Of a stretch of DNA of 42,563 nucleotides, positions 27,549-36,766 are shown piece after piece. The notes beneath the pieces are model-generated. The model saw only the letters and a list, made by a program, of their open reading frames with translations, did not search any database and was not told the origin of the DNA. The DNA lies in contig JAGRAT010000001.1 of NCBI GenBank assembly GCA_020434495.1, forward strand, positions 1 to 42,563. Reading direction: 5' to 3'. Position 1 is the first letter of the stretch. Each line of letters opens with the position of its first letter. The position numbers and the translations under genes were made by a program. Source of the stretch: Bdellovibrionales bacterium (GTDB lineage Bacteria; Bdellovibrionota_C; UBA2361; RFPC01).

Positions 27549-28355
27549 GTGCCTGAACTTCCCGAAGTTGAGTCGACTGTTCGCTCATTGCAGCGTGATG
27601 TCATTGGAAGGCGGATTCTTCATGTGGAGGCTACCTGGCCTAGGATGATAGAGCCGTACTCGCCATCTGAACTTTCACTTCGACTTGTATCGAAACGGAT
27701 AGCTGCTGTTTGGCGAAGGGCAAAGTATATTGTGGTGGAAGTTCAGGGACAGAACGAACGAGAGATTCTCCTTCTTCACCTGCGGATGAGCGGTCGGTTG
27801 CTGATTAACAGAACCCCAAGCAATCACGATCGAATCACTGTTACGCTCAGTGGTGGGAAAACCATGCGCTTTGTCGATCCGAGGAAGTTTGGACGCTTCA
27901 CGCTGCTCGATAGAGGCGAGTTCAACGAGAGAATGGAGAAATTGGGTCCAGAACCGCTGGAAGACACTTTTCGATGGCAGGATCTCTACCAGATCCTCAC
28001 CTTTCGTGCTCGGACACTAAAGCCACTATTGCTTGATCAAAGTATCATTGCTGGCCTTGGGAATATTTACGTAGATGAGTCGCTCTGGTCATCTGCTTTG
28101 CATCCTCTTAGAAACTCAAAGACTCTGACACCGGAAGAGGTGAAGAGGCTTCACCAAAACATCCGTCGTATTCTGAAACGTGCAATTTCACTTAACGGAA
28201 CAGATTTTGGAGACGGGGTGGTCCATAACGGGAAGTTCGTTCCTCAGGTGTATGGAAGAGCAGGGGAGGAATGCAGGCGTTGCGGATCTGAATTGGAGCG
28301 TTTAGTAGTTGCCACGCGGGGTACAGTCGTCTGTAATAACTGTCAAAGAGTGTAG
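27549..28355 (+). CDS. mutM: Formamidopyrimidine-DNA glycosylase
   Basis: GTG start with GGAGGAG upstream. MPELPEVE N-terminus, LGPEP, GLGNIYVDE, and the C-terminal zinc finger CRRCG...CNNCQ. Confidence 0.92.
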   Translation: MPELPEVESTVRSLQRDVIGRRILHVEATWPRMIEPYSPSELSLRLVSKRIAAVWRRAKYIVVEVQGQNEREILLLHLRMSGRLLINRTPSNHDRITVTLSGGKTMRFVDPRKFGRFTLLDRGEFNERMEKLGPEPLEDTFRWQDLYQILTFRARTLKPLLLDQSIIAGLGNIYVDESLWSSALHPLRNSKTLTPEEVKRLHQNIRRILKRAISLNGTDFGDGVVHNGKFVPQVYGRAGEECRRCGSELERLVVATRGTVVCNNCQRV

Positions 28356-28365
28356 GTGATGCCCA

Positions 28366-28689
28366 ATGAATGTCCCAGCGGAGTTTAACGAAATAAAAGA
28401 CAGATACGAGAAGTTCCTCGCTGCACCCTTTCCGATGGGGCATCGATCAAAGATGGTTGGGAACCGGAGTCTTGCGCTCGTCCAGTCCGAGTTAGGCGGA
28501 TTTATCCTGACCTACTTACAAACGAGCGGTTCATTGGGATCGCGGCAACGGATTTCTATGGAGCAGACCGTAGCCGATCTCAAGGCTGCCATGAGCGACT
28601 TTGCAGAGGAAGGTCAAACGTTCTTTTCCGAGCTTGTCTCCATTTCTGAAATGGTATTGCGCTCAGCTCACGATCAACCATCTTTTTAG
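28366..28689 (+). CDS. Hypothetical protein (107 aa) 10 nt downstream of mutM
   Basis: ATG-started ORF tightly following mutM. No recognisable motif. Confidence 0.5.
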   Translation: MNVPAEFNEIKDRYEKFLAAPFPMGHRSKMVGNRSLALVQSELGGFILTYLQTSGSLGSRQRISMEQTVADLKAAMSDFAEEGQTFFSELVSISEMVLRSAHDQPSF

Positions 28690-28811
28690 GCAGCCATCTT
28701 TTTAGGCTAGGAAGCCCTCTCTTTCGGAGTCCATAGCTAGACGGTTAAACAACTTAAATTCTTGTAACTCGTATTTCGGTGCGGAGTTGCTATGCCAGAG
28801 CGAAAGGCGAG

Positions 28812-29459
28812 TTATCCGACAGACTTCCACTCATCCGACGCTTCAAAGTTTGCCTTCATCCGATTGTGATCGAGTAGGGTGTAAGTGAGTACTATTGTTT
28901 CTGGCTTTTTGAGAGTATTGGCCAGACGTTGCATTAATGCCCAAGGGGCAGCCTTTTCGCGGAAGCTTAAACTGATTTCCCCCTTCTTCACGCTCGCCGA
29001 TACCGAAAATCTATCGAAGTCCAATTTCTGGTTTCGCGTTTGCCGGGATGTCAGAGAAGTGAGGCTCCAACTTTTGACAGTTTCCCCTGTACGGAAGTCT
29101 TGAATTTCATAATAGGCGTCTGCGCCGGCGTTGCCCTTGATGCTGCATTTTACGCCAAGACGAAAATGAACACGGGCATCGAGTTCAACAAGCTCAGTTG
29201 GATGTATATGCTGAGAATGAGCGCCGCGGGTTGAGGGGAGGCTCCCAGCTGGAGCCGCAGGTAGTCGGGCATCGAAAGCTCCCCCGATCACACGAAATTG
29301 ACTGCGAAGTTCAAGGGCTCTCCTGTTCTCAAGCTCCTTTTCCGCATCTGATAGTCGAGGGACGCCAGCCTGATCCGCATAGGCGTCACCTCCTTCGAGT
29401 TGTTTAAACTGCTTTCGTAGCTGGCGAGCACGCCTGTCCTCGGAGGGACCAAATGTCAT
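28812..29459 (-). CDS. Hypothetical protein (215 aa)
   Basis: ORF with a charged, probably disordered N-terminal ~90 aa and a beta-looking C-terminal half. No recognisable motif. Confidence 0.55.
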   Translation of the reverse strand: MTFGPSEDRRARQLRKQFKQLEGGDAYADQAGVPRLSDAEKELENRRALELRSQFRVIGGAFDARLPAAPAGSLPSTRGAHSQHIHPTELVELDARVHFRLGVKCSIKGNAGADAYYEIQDFRTGETVKSWSLTSLTSRQTRNQKLDFDRFSVSASVKKGEISLSFREKAAPWALMQRLANTLKKPETIVLTYTLLDHNRMKANFEASDEWKSVG

Positions 29460-29771
29460 TGAGCTTTTCTCCTACTTTGCGAATGGCTCGGCAGCCGTAC
29501 AACCATCCGAAAAAATATATCTCCAAATTATCCTCTCGGAGCGATTTCTTTGAAGAGTATCATCGACTGTGTTCTGGAACGAGAAGAATTCGCTCTGAGC
29601 CCACCCTATAATTGCTCGAATGAGATTTTTTTGTTTTGCGGAACATCCTCCGAGTAAAGCAAGGAGCGGTGAAGGGCCTCAAACTACGACTCAGATTCTA
29701 TTCGGTAAATAGTCAACGAAGAAGATGGGCCCCTCTCCCCTGTATGTTTTGGAGGATTCCACCATATCATT

Positions 29772-29790
29772 TAATGCATATTTATTGCAT
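29772..29790. promoter_or_regulatory. Operator-like inverted repeat TAATGCA-N7-TGCAT upstream of the NxxGxxAF-repeat gene
   Basis: taatgcatatttattgcat, followed by a further tgcat. It lies 93-111 nt upstream of ATG 29883 and is 16/19 identical to 18214-18232. Confidence 0.25.
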
Positions 29791-29882
29791 TGCATGGCAT
29801 AACGAAGAGAGTTCCTTGCTGAAGAGCTACGGCCTCTCGCGCCGGATTCTCGAAGAGGAATATCTTACTGGGAGGATTTCGA

Positions 29883-31394
29883 ATGACAATGAAGTGGCAA
29901 TTATCCTTGCTAGTGCTCAGCGTACTCTGTCTGACTACTACGGCAGCGCTAGCACAAAATAAGAAGCACAGTGAGTTCGACCAAATACGACTCGATGCTC
30001 CAGTGCCTCCTTCAGTCACGGGAGCCATGCAAAAGCTCATCGCCTCAAGCGCCGCAACTGTCTATCCAGCTGCATATTCCCAATCCCTTCGTTCTTCCAG
30101 CTTTTCGGCGGCCTGCCAGCAGAGGACAAATTCACAGATCGAGATAAGCTCTTACTCAGGAGAGTCTCTTATGGGAGGTGGGACACTCCAGCTTACGGGA
30201 TATGACTCTCCACGGCCAACCCTAGGTGGACTTTTTGAAGTTCAACCGGCAAGTTTTCTCGGTATCGCTTCTAGTCATGGCCTGTTAGTTGGAGATAGAA
30301 GTAACGCGTTTCCGGCGGTTCGTGGATGTGGAGGCATTGGAGGCAGCGGAGTTCCAGGAAATGGGTGCGGAGATCCTAGTCCAGTAGGTGGGCGCTTCAG
30401 TGGCCTTTTCGGTACTTCTCTGCATGCTGTCGATACTAATGATCAAGGAGATACGGTTTTTCTGAGTGACATAGACCAAGGTTCTACTACTCGCGGGTTG
30501 TTCTTATTCGATATCTCTACCATGACTACAAGAACCATAGCGTCACTAGGAATGTCATCTCCTATCGGGTCGATTGTTGAGTTAAGCGGTGGAACCATAA
30601 ATTCCTCGGGAGATGTCGTTTTTCTTGCTAATTCTCAAAACTCAGAAGCCGTGCTGCATTGGAGCAAACAGAGCGGTTTGATAACAAAAATTGTCGCTCT
30701 TGGAGATACCCTGCCTACTGGCACGGTAACCTGGATTACTCAAAATCTCTTTCGACATCCAGATCAGAGCTTTACGATAGCGGGCCCTCGTCCGGCCATT
30801 AACGATCGTGGAACAGTGGCATTCGTGGCCGAGGTCAACAATAACCAGTGGGGCTACTATGTATATCGAGGTGGCCAATTCACTGTCTATGCACTTGAAG
30901 GAGACATTTTACCGTCGGGTGCTACACTTCTATACAATGGGTTTGGCGAATCAGTTATTCTGAACAATCAGGATCATCTTGGCTTTAGTGCTGGAGAATT
31001 CTTTTCAAGCACGAACCAGCTGAGTCGTTGGTTCTTTGTAACTGCACCACGAATATACATTCCACGCTTGGGACATCGTGATCAACTATTCGGCGAAAGA
31101 GTCACGAGCATCGCCATTTCGCGCGGTCCTCATCAAGCGATTGACGATTGTGGTAATTCCGTTTTCTGGACTGAGACGGATAATGGAGTTCAACTTACCG
31201 AATCCATCATCCTCATCGACGTTCACGGTGTCGTGCATCGCATTGCGCAAACGGGACAGCCAACTCCTTTAGGCGGGACGTTTAGCATCCTAGACGCGTC
31301 GCCCTCTTTTGCCAAAAGTGGCAGGCAAGGAGCGTTCCGGTTCTCTCAAGCGGGAGGCCTCTCTTCCTCTGTTATAGCCAAGTTTTCTTACTGA
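29883..31394 (+). CDS. Secreted repeat protein of the NxxGxxAF tandem-repeat type (probable beta-propeller)
   Basis: Signal peptide MTMKWQLSLLVLSVLCLTTTAALAQ. Five spaced repeats: NDQGDTVF, NSSGDVVF, NDRGTVAF, NNQDHLGF and DDCGNSVF. Confidence 0.72.
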   Translation: MTMKWQLSLLVLSVLCLTTTAALAQNKKHSEFDQIRLDAPVPPSVTGAMQKLIASSAATVYPAAYSQSLRSSSFSAACQQRTNSQIEISSYSGESLMGGGTLQLTGYDSPRPTLGGLFEVQPASFLGIASSHGLLVGDRSNAFPAVRGCGGIGGSGVPGNGCGDPSPVGGRFSGLFGTSLHAVDTNDQGDTVFLSDIDQGSTTRGLFLFDISTMTTRTIASLGMSSPIGSIVELSGGTINSSGDVVFLANSQNSEAVLHWSKQSGLITKIVALGDTLPTGTVTWITQNLFRHPDQSFTIAGPRPAINDRGTVAFVAEVNNNQWGYYVYRGGQFTVYALEGDILPSGATLLYNGFGESVILNNQDHLGFSAGEFFSSTNQLSRWFFVTAPRIYIPRLGHRDQLFGERVTSIAISRGPHQAIDDCGNSVFWTETDNGVQLTESIILIDVHGVVHRIAQTGQPTPLGGTFSILDASPSFAKSGRQGAFRFSQAGGLSSSVIAKFSY

Positions 31395-31692
31395 GTTTAT
31401 CGGGGGTATTCGAGCTGGTTATGCACAGGTGTGTAATCCTCTGGGGGCTGTCCGAAACGAATGATGGTTCGGTTGGGAGCTAAGGGTCTTTGCTCGGTCT
31501 TGCGTTCGGCAAAACCAGACGTCGAGCAACTGCAGCAACATCAATCGCATTCTTGTTTTACGTTGCGGTCAGAAAGGTTTGGCGTAGCTCATTGTTTTCA
31601 TAATTTGGAGCGGTTAGGTGAAAAGATGTTATGGCACAACGGTTCGCTTCCCGGGCATAACGAGCTAGGGACGGGGATTGGGTATTGCTCCT

Positions 31693-32757
31693 ATGATGAA
31701 TTCAATTCGCATCAGCCCTTTACCGGTGAGCGGTCAGATTCTTGATGAGACAGAGGCGGAGTTTCGACCGCTAACGCTTGACGAGTCTTCAAGTTTTGGC
31801 CTCGCAAGTGACTCGACCGAGTTTGTGAAAAGGGCATTCGCCCGTTACGGATTAGGGTCAACCGAGTACGTGCGCTTAACAACAAAAGAAGACTCCCCTC
31901 GAGTCTTTCAGGGCCACTTTCAAGGGAGCATGGATGCTGAAGGTTCGATAACCTCTTTTGATCGGTCACTTCCTGAAGGTGTCAGCTCAATTCGAGAGCT
32001 CCCATTTCACGAGCAGCTACCTATCGATCGAGTCCAGGCTCTTGTAACTTTCCATGGATTTGGTTGTGAGCTTAGGAGTGCTTGGATAACACTTTTTGAT
32101 TCAACCTATGATGAGTTAGGAGGGAGCGGTAAGGAGCGATTACGAGCTTGTGCTGGAAGTGTGGCAGAAGTTAAAGCGCATGTTAGTGATGACCCTAGCG
32201 AATCAATGACCCTTCGAGGACGAATTGTTCCAGAGAAGAACGGCAACATTCAATTGGTAGATCCTCTTCGTCGTGTATCTGTCGCGCCTACTGTTAGAGA
32301 CTGCCACATAGTGACCTCGATCGAATTGCTACAACTCCCCACATTTTGGGATAGAGCAATAGCTGCAGGATTTCTTGGTAGAGGCAACGGAGAAGAGTTG
32401 CTACCGCATCTCTTTGAAAGAGGAGCTGCGGTAACGATTACCTCAAAGCCAATAGATGTTGCCTCTTCTTGGCGGGTAGAACCTCCTCAGGTGTATGATG
32501 TTAGCGGTAAGTTCCTTGAAGTTGCTCTCGATAATCTCGGTGAGAGATCCGTATTACTTAAAACAGAGCGCGGTATATGTGCATTTCCTGTTCGTCAGAT
32601 TGAGAGCATGCACACCGAGGGCGTTACCCGGGAAGGGTATGTGGCAATCCTTGAAGCTGCAAAGCTCTTGCAGAGTGATCGGGACTCCGAGGTAAGAAGT
32701 CGCCGTCTGACGTTTGAGTCGGTAGTGGTCCAGAGCATAACTGGACTCTCGGACTAG
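31693..32757 (+). CDS. Hypothetical protein (~354 aa)
   Basis: Long ORF; the first ATG is at 31693 (MMNSIRISPLP), while the ORF track begins at an alternative start at 31678. No recognisable motif. Confidence 0.6.
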   Translation: MMNSIRISPLPVSGQILDETEAEFRPLTLDESSSFGLASDSTEFVKRAFARYGLGSTEYVRLTTKEDSPRVFQGHFQGSMDAEGSITSFDRSLPEGVSSIRELPFHEQLPIDRVQALVTFHGFGCELRSAWITLFDSTYDELGGSGKERLRACAGSVAEVKAHVSDDPSESMTLRGRIVPEKNGNIQLVDPLRRVSVAPTVRDCHIVTSIELLQLPTFWDRAIAAGFLGRGNGEELLPHLFERGAAVTITSKPIDVASSWRVEPPQVYDVSGKFLEVALDNLGERSVLLKTERGICAFPVRQIESMHTEGVTREGYVAILEAAKLLQSDRDSEVRSRRLTFESVVVQSITGLSD

Positions 32758-32851
32758 TTCCGATGTTTTCGGGGTCTTCTTAACAGGGATAATCTGTCGA
32801 AATTGCTAATTATTTTGTGGTCATTCGGGAGGAGTTGAGTTTGAATTCATA

Positions 32852-32867
32852 ATATTGTATACAATAT
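32852..32867. promoter_or_regulatory. Perfect 16-bp palindrome ATATTGTATACAATAT; probable GntR-family operator
   Basis: Read directly. It contains the GT-N-AC core typical of GntR/FadR-family operators and lies 26-41 nt upstream of the GntR gene start at 32893. Confidence 0.6.
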
Positions 32868-32892
32868 ACAAAACTACGTATGGATCGATCTC

Positions 32893-33546
32893 ATGCTTAA
32901 AAGAGAAAGCCTTCGTGACCAGATTCGTGAAGAGATTCGCACCCGCATAATCAACGGTGAGCTTACTGAGTCCACCGGGATCTCTGAAATTGAGCTCGCC
33001 AAGCAACTTGGAGTAAGCCGGACTCCGCTACGGGAGGCGCTCATCACCTTGGAACAAGAAGGGTTTCTTGAGGCCTCACCAGGAAAGGGGTTCTCGGTTT
33101 TGCCGATGAATAAGAGTGAGTACCTGAACCTCGTTCCGATTATTGGAGCGTTGGAGAAGCTCACATTGCTCGCATGCCCGAAGCTGAGTAAGGAGGAAGC
33201 TGCTGAACTTCGGGATATCAATGCTGAGCTACTTGCTACCGATCAGCTAAGAGATCACAAAGAGCGTATAACAACACGGCTACGAACGGACCTCTTGTGG
33301 CATGAAGTGCTTTTAGAACGCTCTACCAATGACAAAGCGCTCCAACTTCTCAGGCAACTGAAAGCACAGTGGAGACGTTATGAATACATTTTTTGGGAGT
33401 ACACCGATACAACCGAACGATCCGTCCGTGAGCACGAAGAGATCGTAAAAGCTCTCTTGGCGGGAAAATCGGAGAAAGCCGGAGAGTTAATTGATAAGCA
33501 GTGGCGACTCTGCTTAGTCGATAGAATTGGAGAGAGGGTGCCATGA
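32893..33546 (+). CDS. GntR-family transcriptional regulator (FadR/FCD-type C-terminal domain)
   Basis: Winged-HTH ISEIELAKQLGVSRTPLREALITLEQEGFLEASPGKGFSV, followed by an all-helical ~140-aa C-domain. Confidence 0.88.
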   Translation: MLKRESLRDQIREEIRTRIINGELTESTGISEIELAKQLGVSRTPLREALITLEQEGFLEASPGKGFSVLPMNKSEYLNLVPIIGALEKLTLLACPKLSKEEAAELRDINAELLATDQLRDHKERITTRLRTDLLWHEVLLERSTNDKALQLLRQLKAQWRRYEYIFWEYTDTTERSVREHEEIVKALLAGKSEKAGELIDKQWRLCLVDRIGERVP

Positions 33547-34421
33547 TGCAGCTCTTCTTTTTGCGGCTTGGCCCTATTTGGGCAATTGTGCTTGCGAATC
33601 TCTGGTGGGGCATTTCTCCGGTGTATTGGCACGAGCTGGCAGCGTTGCCAGCGCTTTTTGTGTTGTCTTCGCGAGTAGTGTGCTCGCGAATCGCTTTACA
33701 GTTTATTCCGATTGAAATTCCCCTTGAGCAGCGGAGTCCGAACTGGCGCTTGGCTCTGGTCACAGCAGCGCTCATCAGTCTTAATTGGGGATTGTACATT
33801 TATGCGATCTTGCACGGTGAAACTGTACAGGCAAGTCTGGGGTATTTTCTTTTGCCGCTTATGGCTGTGGGGTTTGCTGCGCTCTGGTACAAAGAAGTAT
33901 TGTCGCGTTATGACCTGGCGGCAGTGGTGCTTGCTGTAGTTGGAGTGTTTTTTGTCGCTGTAAAAGGTGAAGGAGTTCCGGTTATCGCACTGGGGCTCGC
34001 GCTCTCTATGCTTTTCTACACCGCTATTTACCGCTCCTCTGGGATTCATCCGGTAGTTGGTTTGCGTGCGGAGACAACTTGGCTCGTCCCTTTTGCGCTT
34101 GGATACATCATCTGGTCTTGGGAAGAGGTTGGTATCTCAATGTCGAGTTCTGAGCTCGTTTTTCTGATGCTCAGTGGTGTTGTTACCGTAGTACCCCAGT
34201 ACCTCTTTCTCAGCGCAGTAAAGGAGATTGATTTCGCTTCGGTGGGCTTTTTACAGTTTATTGTTCCGCTCGCAAAGCTGATAGTTGCCGTTACAGTACT
34301 CGGAGAAGCCTTAAGTCGGGCAGATATCGTGAGTTTTTCGCTTATTCTGGTGGGCGTTACTCTGTACTGCTATGGGCGGTATTTTCGACCGACGAAACTT
34401 GGAATCCGAGTGCTTTCATAG
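33543..34421 (+). CDS. rarD: EamA/DMT-superfamily transporter, RarD-like
   Basis: ATGA overlap with the GntR gene. About 10 hydrophobic helices, with GISPVYW near the N-terminus as in RarD. Confidence 0.75.
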   Translation: MMQLFFLRLGPIWAIVLANLWWGISPVYWHELAALPALFVLSSRVVCSRIALQFIPIEIPLEQRSPNWRLALVTAALISLNWGLYIYAILHGETVQASLGYFLLPLMAVGFAALWYKEVLSRYDLAAVVLAVVGVFFVAVKGEGVPVIALGLALSMLFYTAIYRSSGIHPVVGLRAETTWLVPFALGYIIWSWEEVGISMSSSELVFLMLSGVVTVVPQYLFLSAVKEIDFASVGFLQFIVPLAKLIVAVTVLGEALSRADIVSFSLILVGVTLYCYGRYFRPTKLGIRVLS

Positions 34422-34956
34422 TGCCTAGAGCGGCATCTTTGGTGACTTCTTTGTCTGGATGGGTAGCTACGAGTAATATCCCCTGTTCAGCTAAATAGGT
34501 CACAGCGAACCATTCCTGCTTTTGAGCGGTGAGGAGCAACAGGTCATCAACTTCGCCATCCTGAAAGCGAATGGAGATAGAATGTTTGATCTCCGCTCTT
34601 CTTGGATCGACATTTGCCGCCAGGTATCGGGTGAGGAACCCAGGCCGCTCTCCACCGGAGACACGATAAACTTTCGCTTGACGAAGAAGTGCAGCAGTTG
34701 AGTCTGCTTCAAGAGGCTCCTTTGCACTCTTTACAACGTGCACACGAAGCTCGTGAGAACGATCGATTCCAACAAGGATGTTCCCTTCCTCTGACGAGAT
34801 AGACTGTTCGACTTGAAAGTCTTCAGGAAGAGCGTTCCCCAGTATCTCCTCCGGAGCTACTCGAAGGGAGCCAAAGAACAGCTCGCCACCAGAGAAGATC
34901 ACAGCAAGAAATATGAGAAACGATAACGCGACAATAGAGAAGGCAAGTTTCCCCAT
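34357..34956 (-). CDS. Hypothetical membrane-anchored protein (199 aa)
   Basis: N-terminal helix LAFSIVALSFLIFLAVIF followed by a soluble domain. Its 3' end overlaps the rarD 3' end by 65 nt. Confidence 0.5.
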   Translation of the reverse strand: MGKLAFSIVALSFLIFLAVIFSGGELFFGSLRVAPEEILGNALPEDFQVEQSISSEEGNILVGIDRSHELRVHVVKSAKEPLEADSTAALLRQAKVYRVSGGERPGFLTRYLAANVDPRRAEIKHSISIRFQDGEVDDLLLLTAQKQEWFAVTYLAEQGILLVATHPDKEVTKDAALGTMKALGFQVSSVENTAHSSTE

Positions 34957-34991
34957 TTTATACTCCTTCTTTCAAAAATGCTGAGTGCTTC

Positions 34992-35186
34992 TTATAACCC
35001 ATCAATTCTGAGGCCAGGAATGATGTCGCCGATCTTTCTAAGGATGAAGAAGAAAATGTCATCAATGTAGGGTAAAGGGAGCTGGTATCCGAAAATGAGG
35101 AAAATAACTTTAATCACAAAAAGTACAACAAACGCCTTGAGACCAAGAATCATCCAGTCGTACAGCTTTTCCCAGAATGCTTCCAT
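34992..35186 (-). CDS. Small hydrophobic protein (64 aa)
   Basis: MEAFWEKLYDWMILGLKAFVVLFVIKVIFLIFGY... has one or two TM helices. It lies 35 nt upstream of, and is co-oriented with, the 199-aa gene. Confidence 0.4.
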   Translation of the reverse strand: MEAFWEKLYDWMILGLKAFVVLFVIKVIFLIFGYQLPLPYIDDIFFFILRKIGDIIPGLRIDGL

Positions 35187-35808
35187 GTCGGGAGTCTACT
35201 CGGCTCGACGTGTGAATAGTAGCTAGAAAATGGAGGGAGGGGGAAATGGTGTCCGTTTTACTCCTTAAGAGGGTTAACAATCACTAAGATAGAAAAAGTT
35301 GTGGCTGCGGGGGGAGTCTGCTGTCCATCAATGCGTTCAGAACAATAAAAAAAGAGAGAAACAAATAAAAGTGGGAGCAATAGCTCAACCGGGATCCTTC
35401 TTTTCCTAAACCCAGAGCGAGACGAAACAACACCTCAACGGTGGTGTTCGAACCACTTGGGTTTACGAATAGAAGGACCTACTATCTTTTATCTGTGTTT
35501 CCAAAATTCATGGCAGTTGGCCGGTTTCCCGTCCGTCTCACCACTATCCTTTGAACACATGAAACATTAAAAATCCTGCTTAAAAACCCTTGCAATATCT
35601 CCTATTGCAGCCAATCTCTTTACTCTACTGGTTCAACAATATGGCCCGTCCGTCTGTGGTGGACTTGGCTAACATGCTGTAACTATTAAGCAAACAGATC
35701 GGCTGTAACTGGTGATTACGCCAATAGCAAAGTATGGTGACAAAGCACCGGTTCTTACTCAAAAATTGTTTGAACTGAATTTACTGAGTTGATAGGAGAA
35801 GTGAGGAG

Positions 35809-36225
35809 ATGGGAGTTAAGATTTCAGGGACTTACAAGGGGCAGAAGCGGGTGGAGCTCCTGCACGATGATTCTGGCGCAAAAATAATTACCGACGCCCC
35901 AAAAGATAACAATGGTGAGGGCCAGAGTTTCTCCCCCACGGACCTCTGCGCGGCTTCCTTGGGGAGCTGCATACTCACAACGATGGCTATAAAAGCCGAG
36001 AAGAGCGGTATGGCGGATCTTACCGGTTCTTACTTCAAGGTTGAGAAGATAATGGTTTCAGAGCCTAGAAGAATCGGAACAATAAGAGTGGAGCTGCATT
36101 TACCCTCATCCCTGGATGCTCGCCAGAGAGAAGTGTTGGAGCGAGTCGGAAACGCCTGCCCTATCCACAAAAGTCTTCACGAAGATGTTCAGGAAGAGAT
36201 TTCTTATCTCTACGATGTGTCATAA
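35809..36225 (+). CDS. OsmC/Ohr-family peroxiredoxin-like protein
   Basis: GAGGAG directly upstream of the ATG. Two conserved Cys contexts, ASLGSCILTT and NACPIHKSL. 138 aa. Confidence 0.88.
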   Translation: MGVKISGTYKGQKRVELLHDDSGAKIITDAPKDNNGEGQSFSPTDLCAASLGSCILTTMAIKAEKSGMADLTGSYFKVEKIMVSEPRRIGTIRVELHLPSSLDARQREVLERVGNACPIHKSLHEDVQEEISYLYDVS

Positions 36226-36295
36226 CCATTTAAAAATGCTTGCTATTATTTGTGGATAGCAAATTCTCTTAGATTTTAGAGCACACAGTCTGAGT

Positions 36296-36340
36296 ACCGA
36301 GCATAACTGTTTCAGAGTTTTCGCTCGGTTCTTTTTTCCC
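36296..36340 (+). terminator. Possible rho-independent terminator after the OsmC-family gene
   Basis: ACCGAGC (36296-36302) pairs with GCTCGGT (36323-36329), followed by TCTTTTTTCC. The 20-nt loop is larger than typical. Confidence 0.35.
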
Positions 36341-36409
36341 AATTTTTCAAGGTTTTCCAAATGAACTCGGCAGGTAGCTAGTGGCCGCCGTCATTTATGG
36401 GAAGACTGT

Positions 36410-36766
36410 ATGTTAACCGGACTTGATATCTCAAACAGTTCATCAATTCGCTCTGCGCTTGTACTTGAAAACAAGGAAGACCTTATCCCCGAAGGGAAGC
36501 CAGTCTCTATCGGCAAAACCCTTGAAGCTTGTTGGGTACGGGAGCTGAGAAAGGCCTATCTCAACCTCTTTAAGCGATTTGTAAAGAGAACCGTTTTAGC
36601 GTTCCTTCTTTTTGTCGGATCGGTGGTTTTCTTCTTCGGAGTTGCTACCGCTGCTGAACAGGTAGGTTTGCTCTATCAAACTGCCTCAGCGCATACGCAT
36701 GGTGCATCAACGATAGAGTCAGGCGTTACCTGTGAGAAGGGGACGGGCTGTTCTTATCTCGCTTAG
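36410..36766 (+). CDS. Questionable hypothetical membrane protein (118 aa)
   Basis: ORF with one hydrophobic helix (VLAFLLFVGSVVFFFGVA). Its 3' end overlaps the convergent selU gene by 48 nt. No motif. Confidence 0.3.
   Translation: MLTGLDISNSSSIRSALVLENKEDLIPEGKPVSIGKTLEACWVRELRKAYLNLFKRFVKRTVLAFLLFVGSVVFFFGVATAAEQVGLLYQTASAHTHGASTIESGVTCEKGTGCSYLA

Noticed and set aside
31461-31745. 94-aa ORF upstream of, and overlapping, the 354-aa orphan. I considered a frameshifted N-terminus.
   Set aside because: The translation is compositionally odd (Cys/His/Ser-rich, no pattern). The downstream ORF has its own ATG at 31693.
34357-34421. 65-nt 3'-3' overlap between rarD and the 199-aa minus-strand ORF. 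A similar 48-nt overlap occurs at 36719-36766.
   Set aside because: Convergent overlaps of this size occur naturally. They lower confidence in the less well supported partner but are not a finding in themselves.
35408-35463. tRNA-like element: AAACCCA…TGGGTTT 'acceptor' stem enclosing a GTGGTGTTCGAACCAC T-arm-like hairpin.
   Set aside because: It is only ~56 nt, it has a 6-nt rather than 7-nt loop, and there is no room for both a D arm and an anticodon arm. It is not a tRNA gene.
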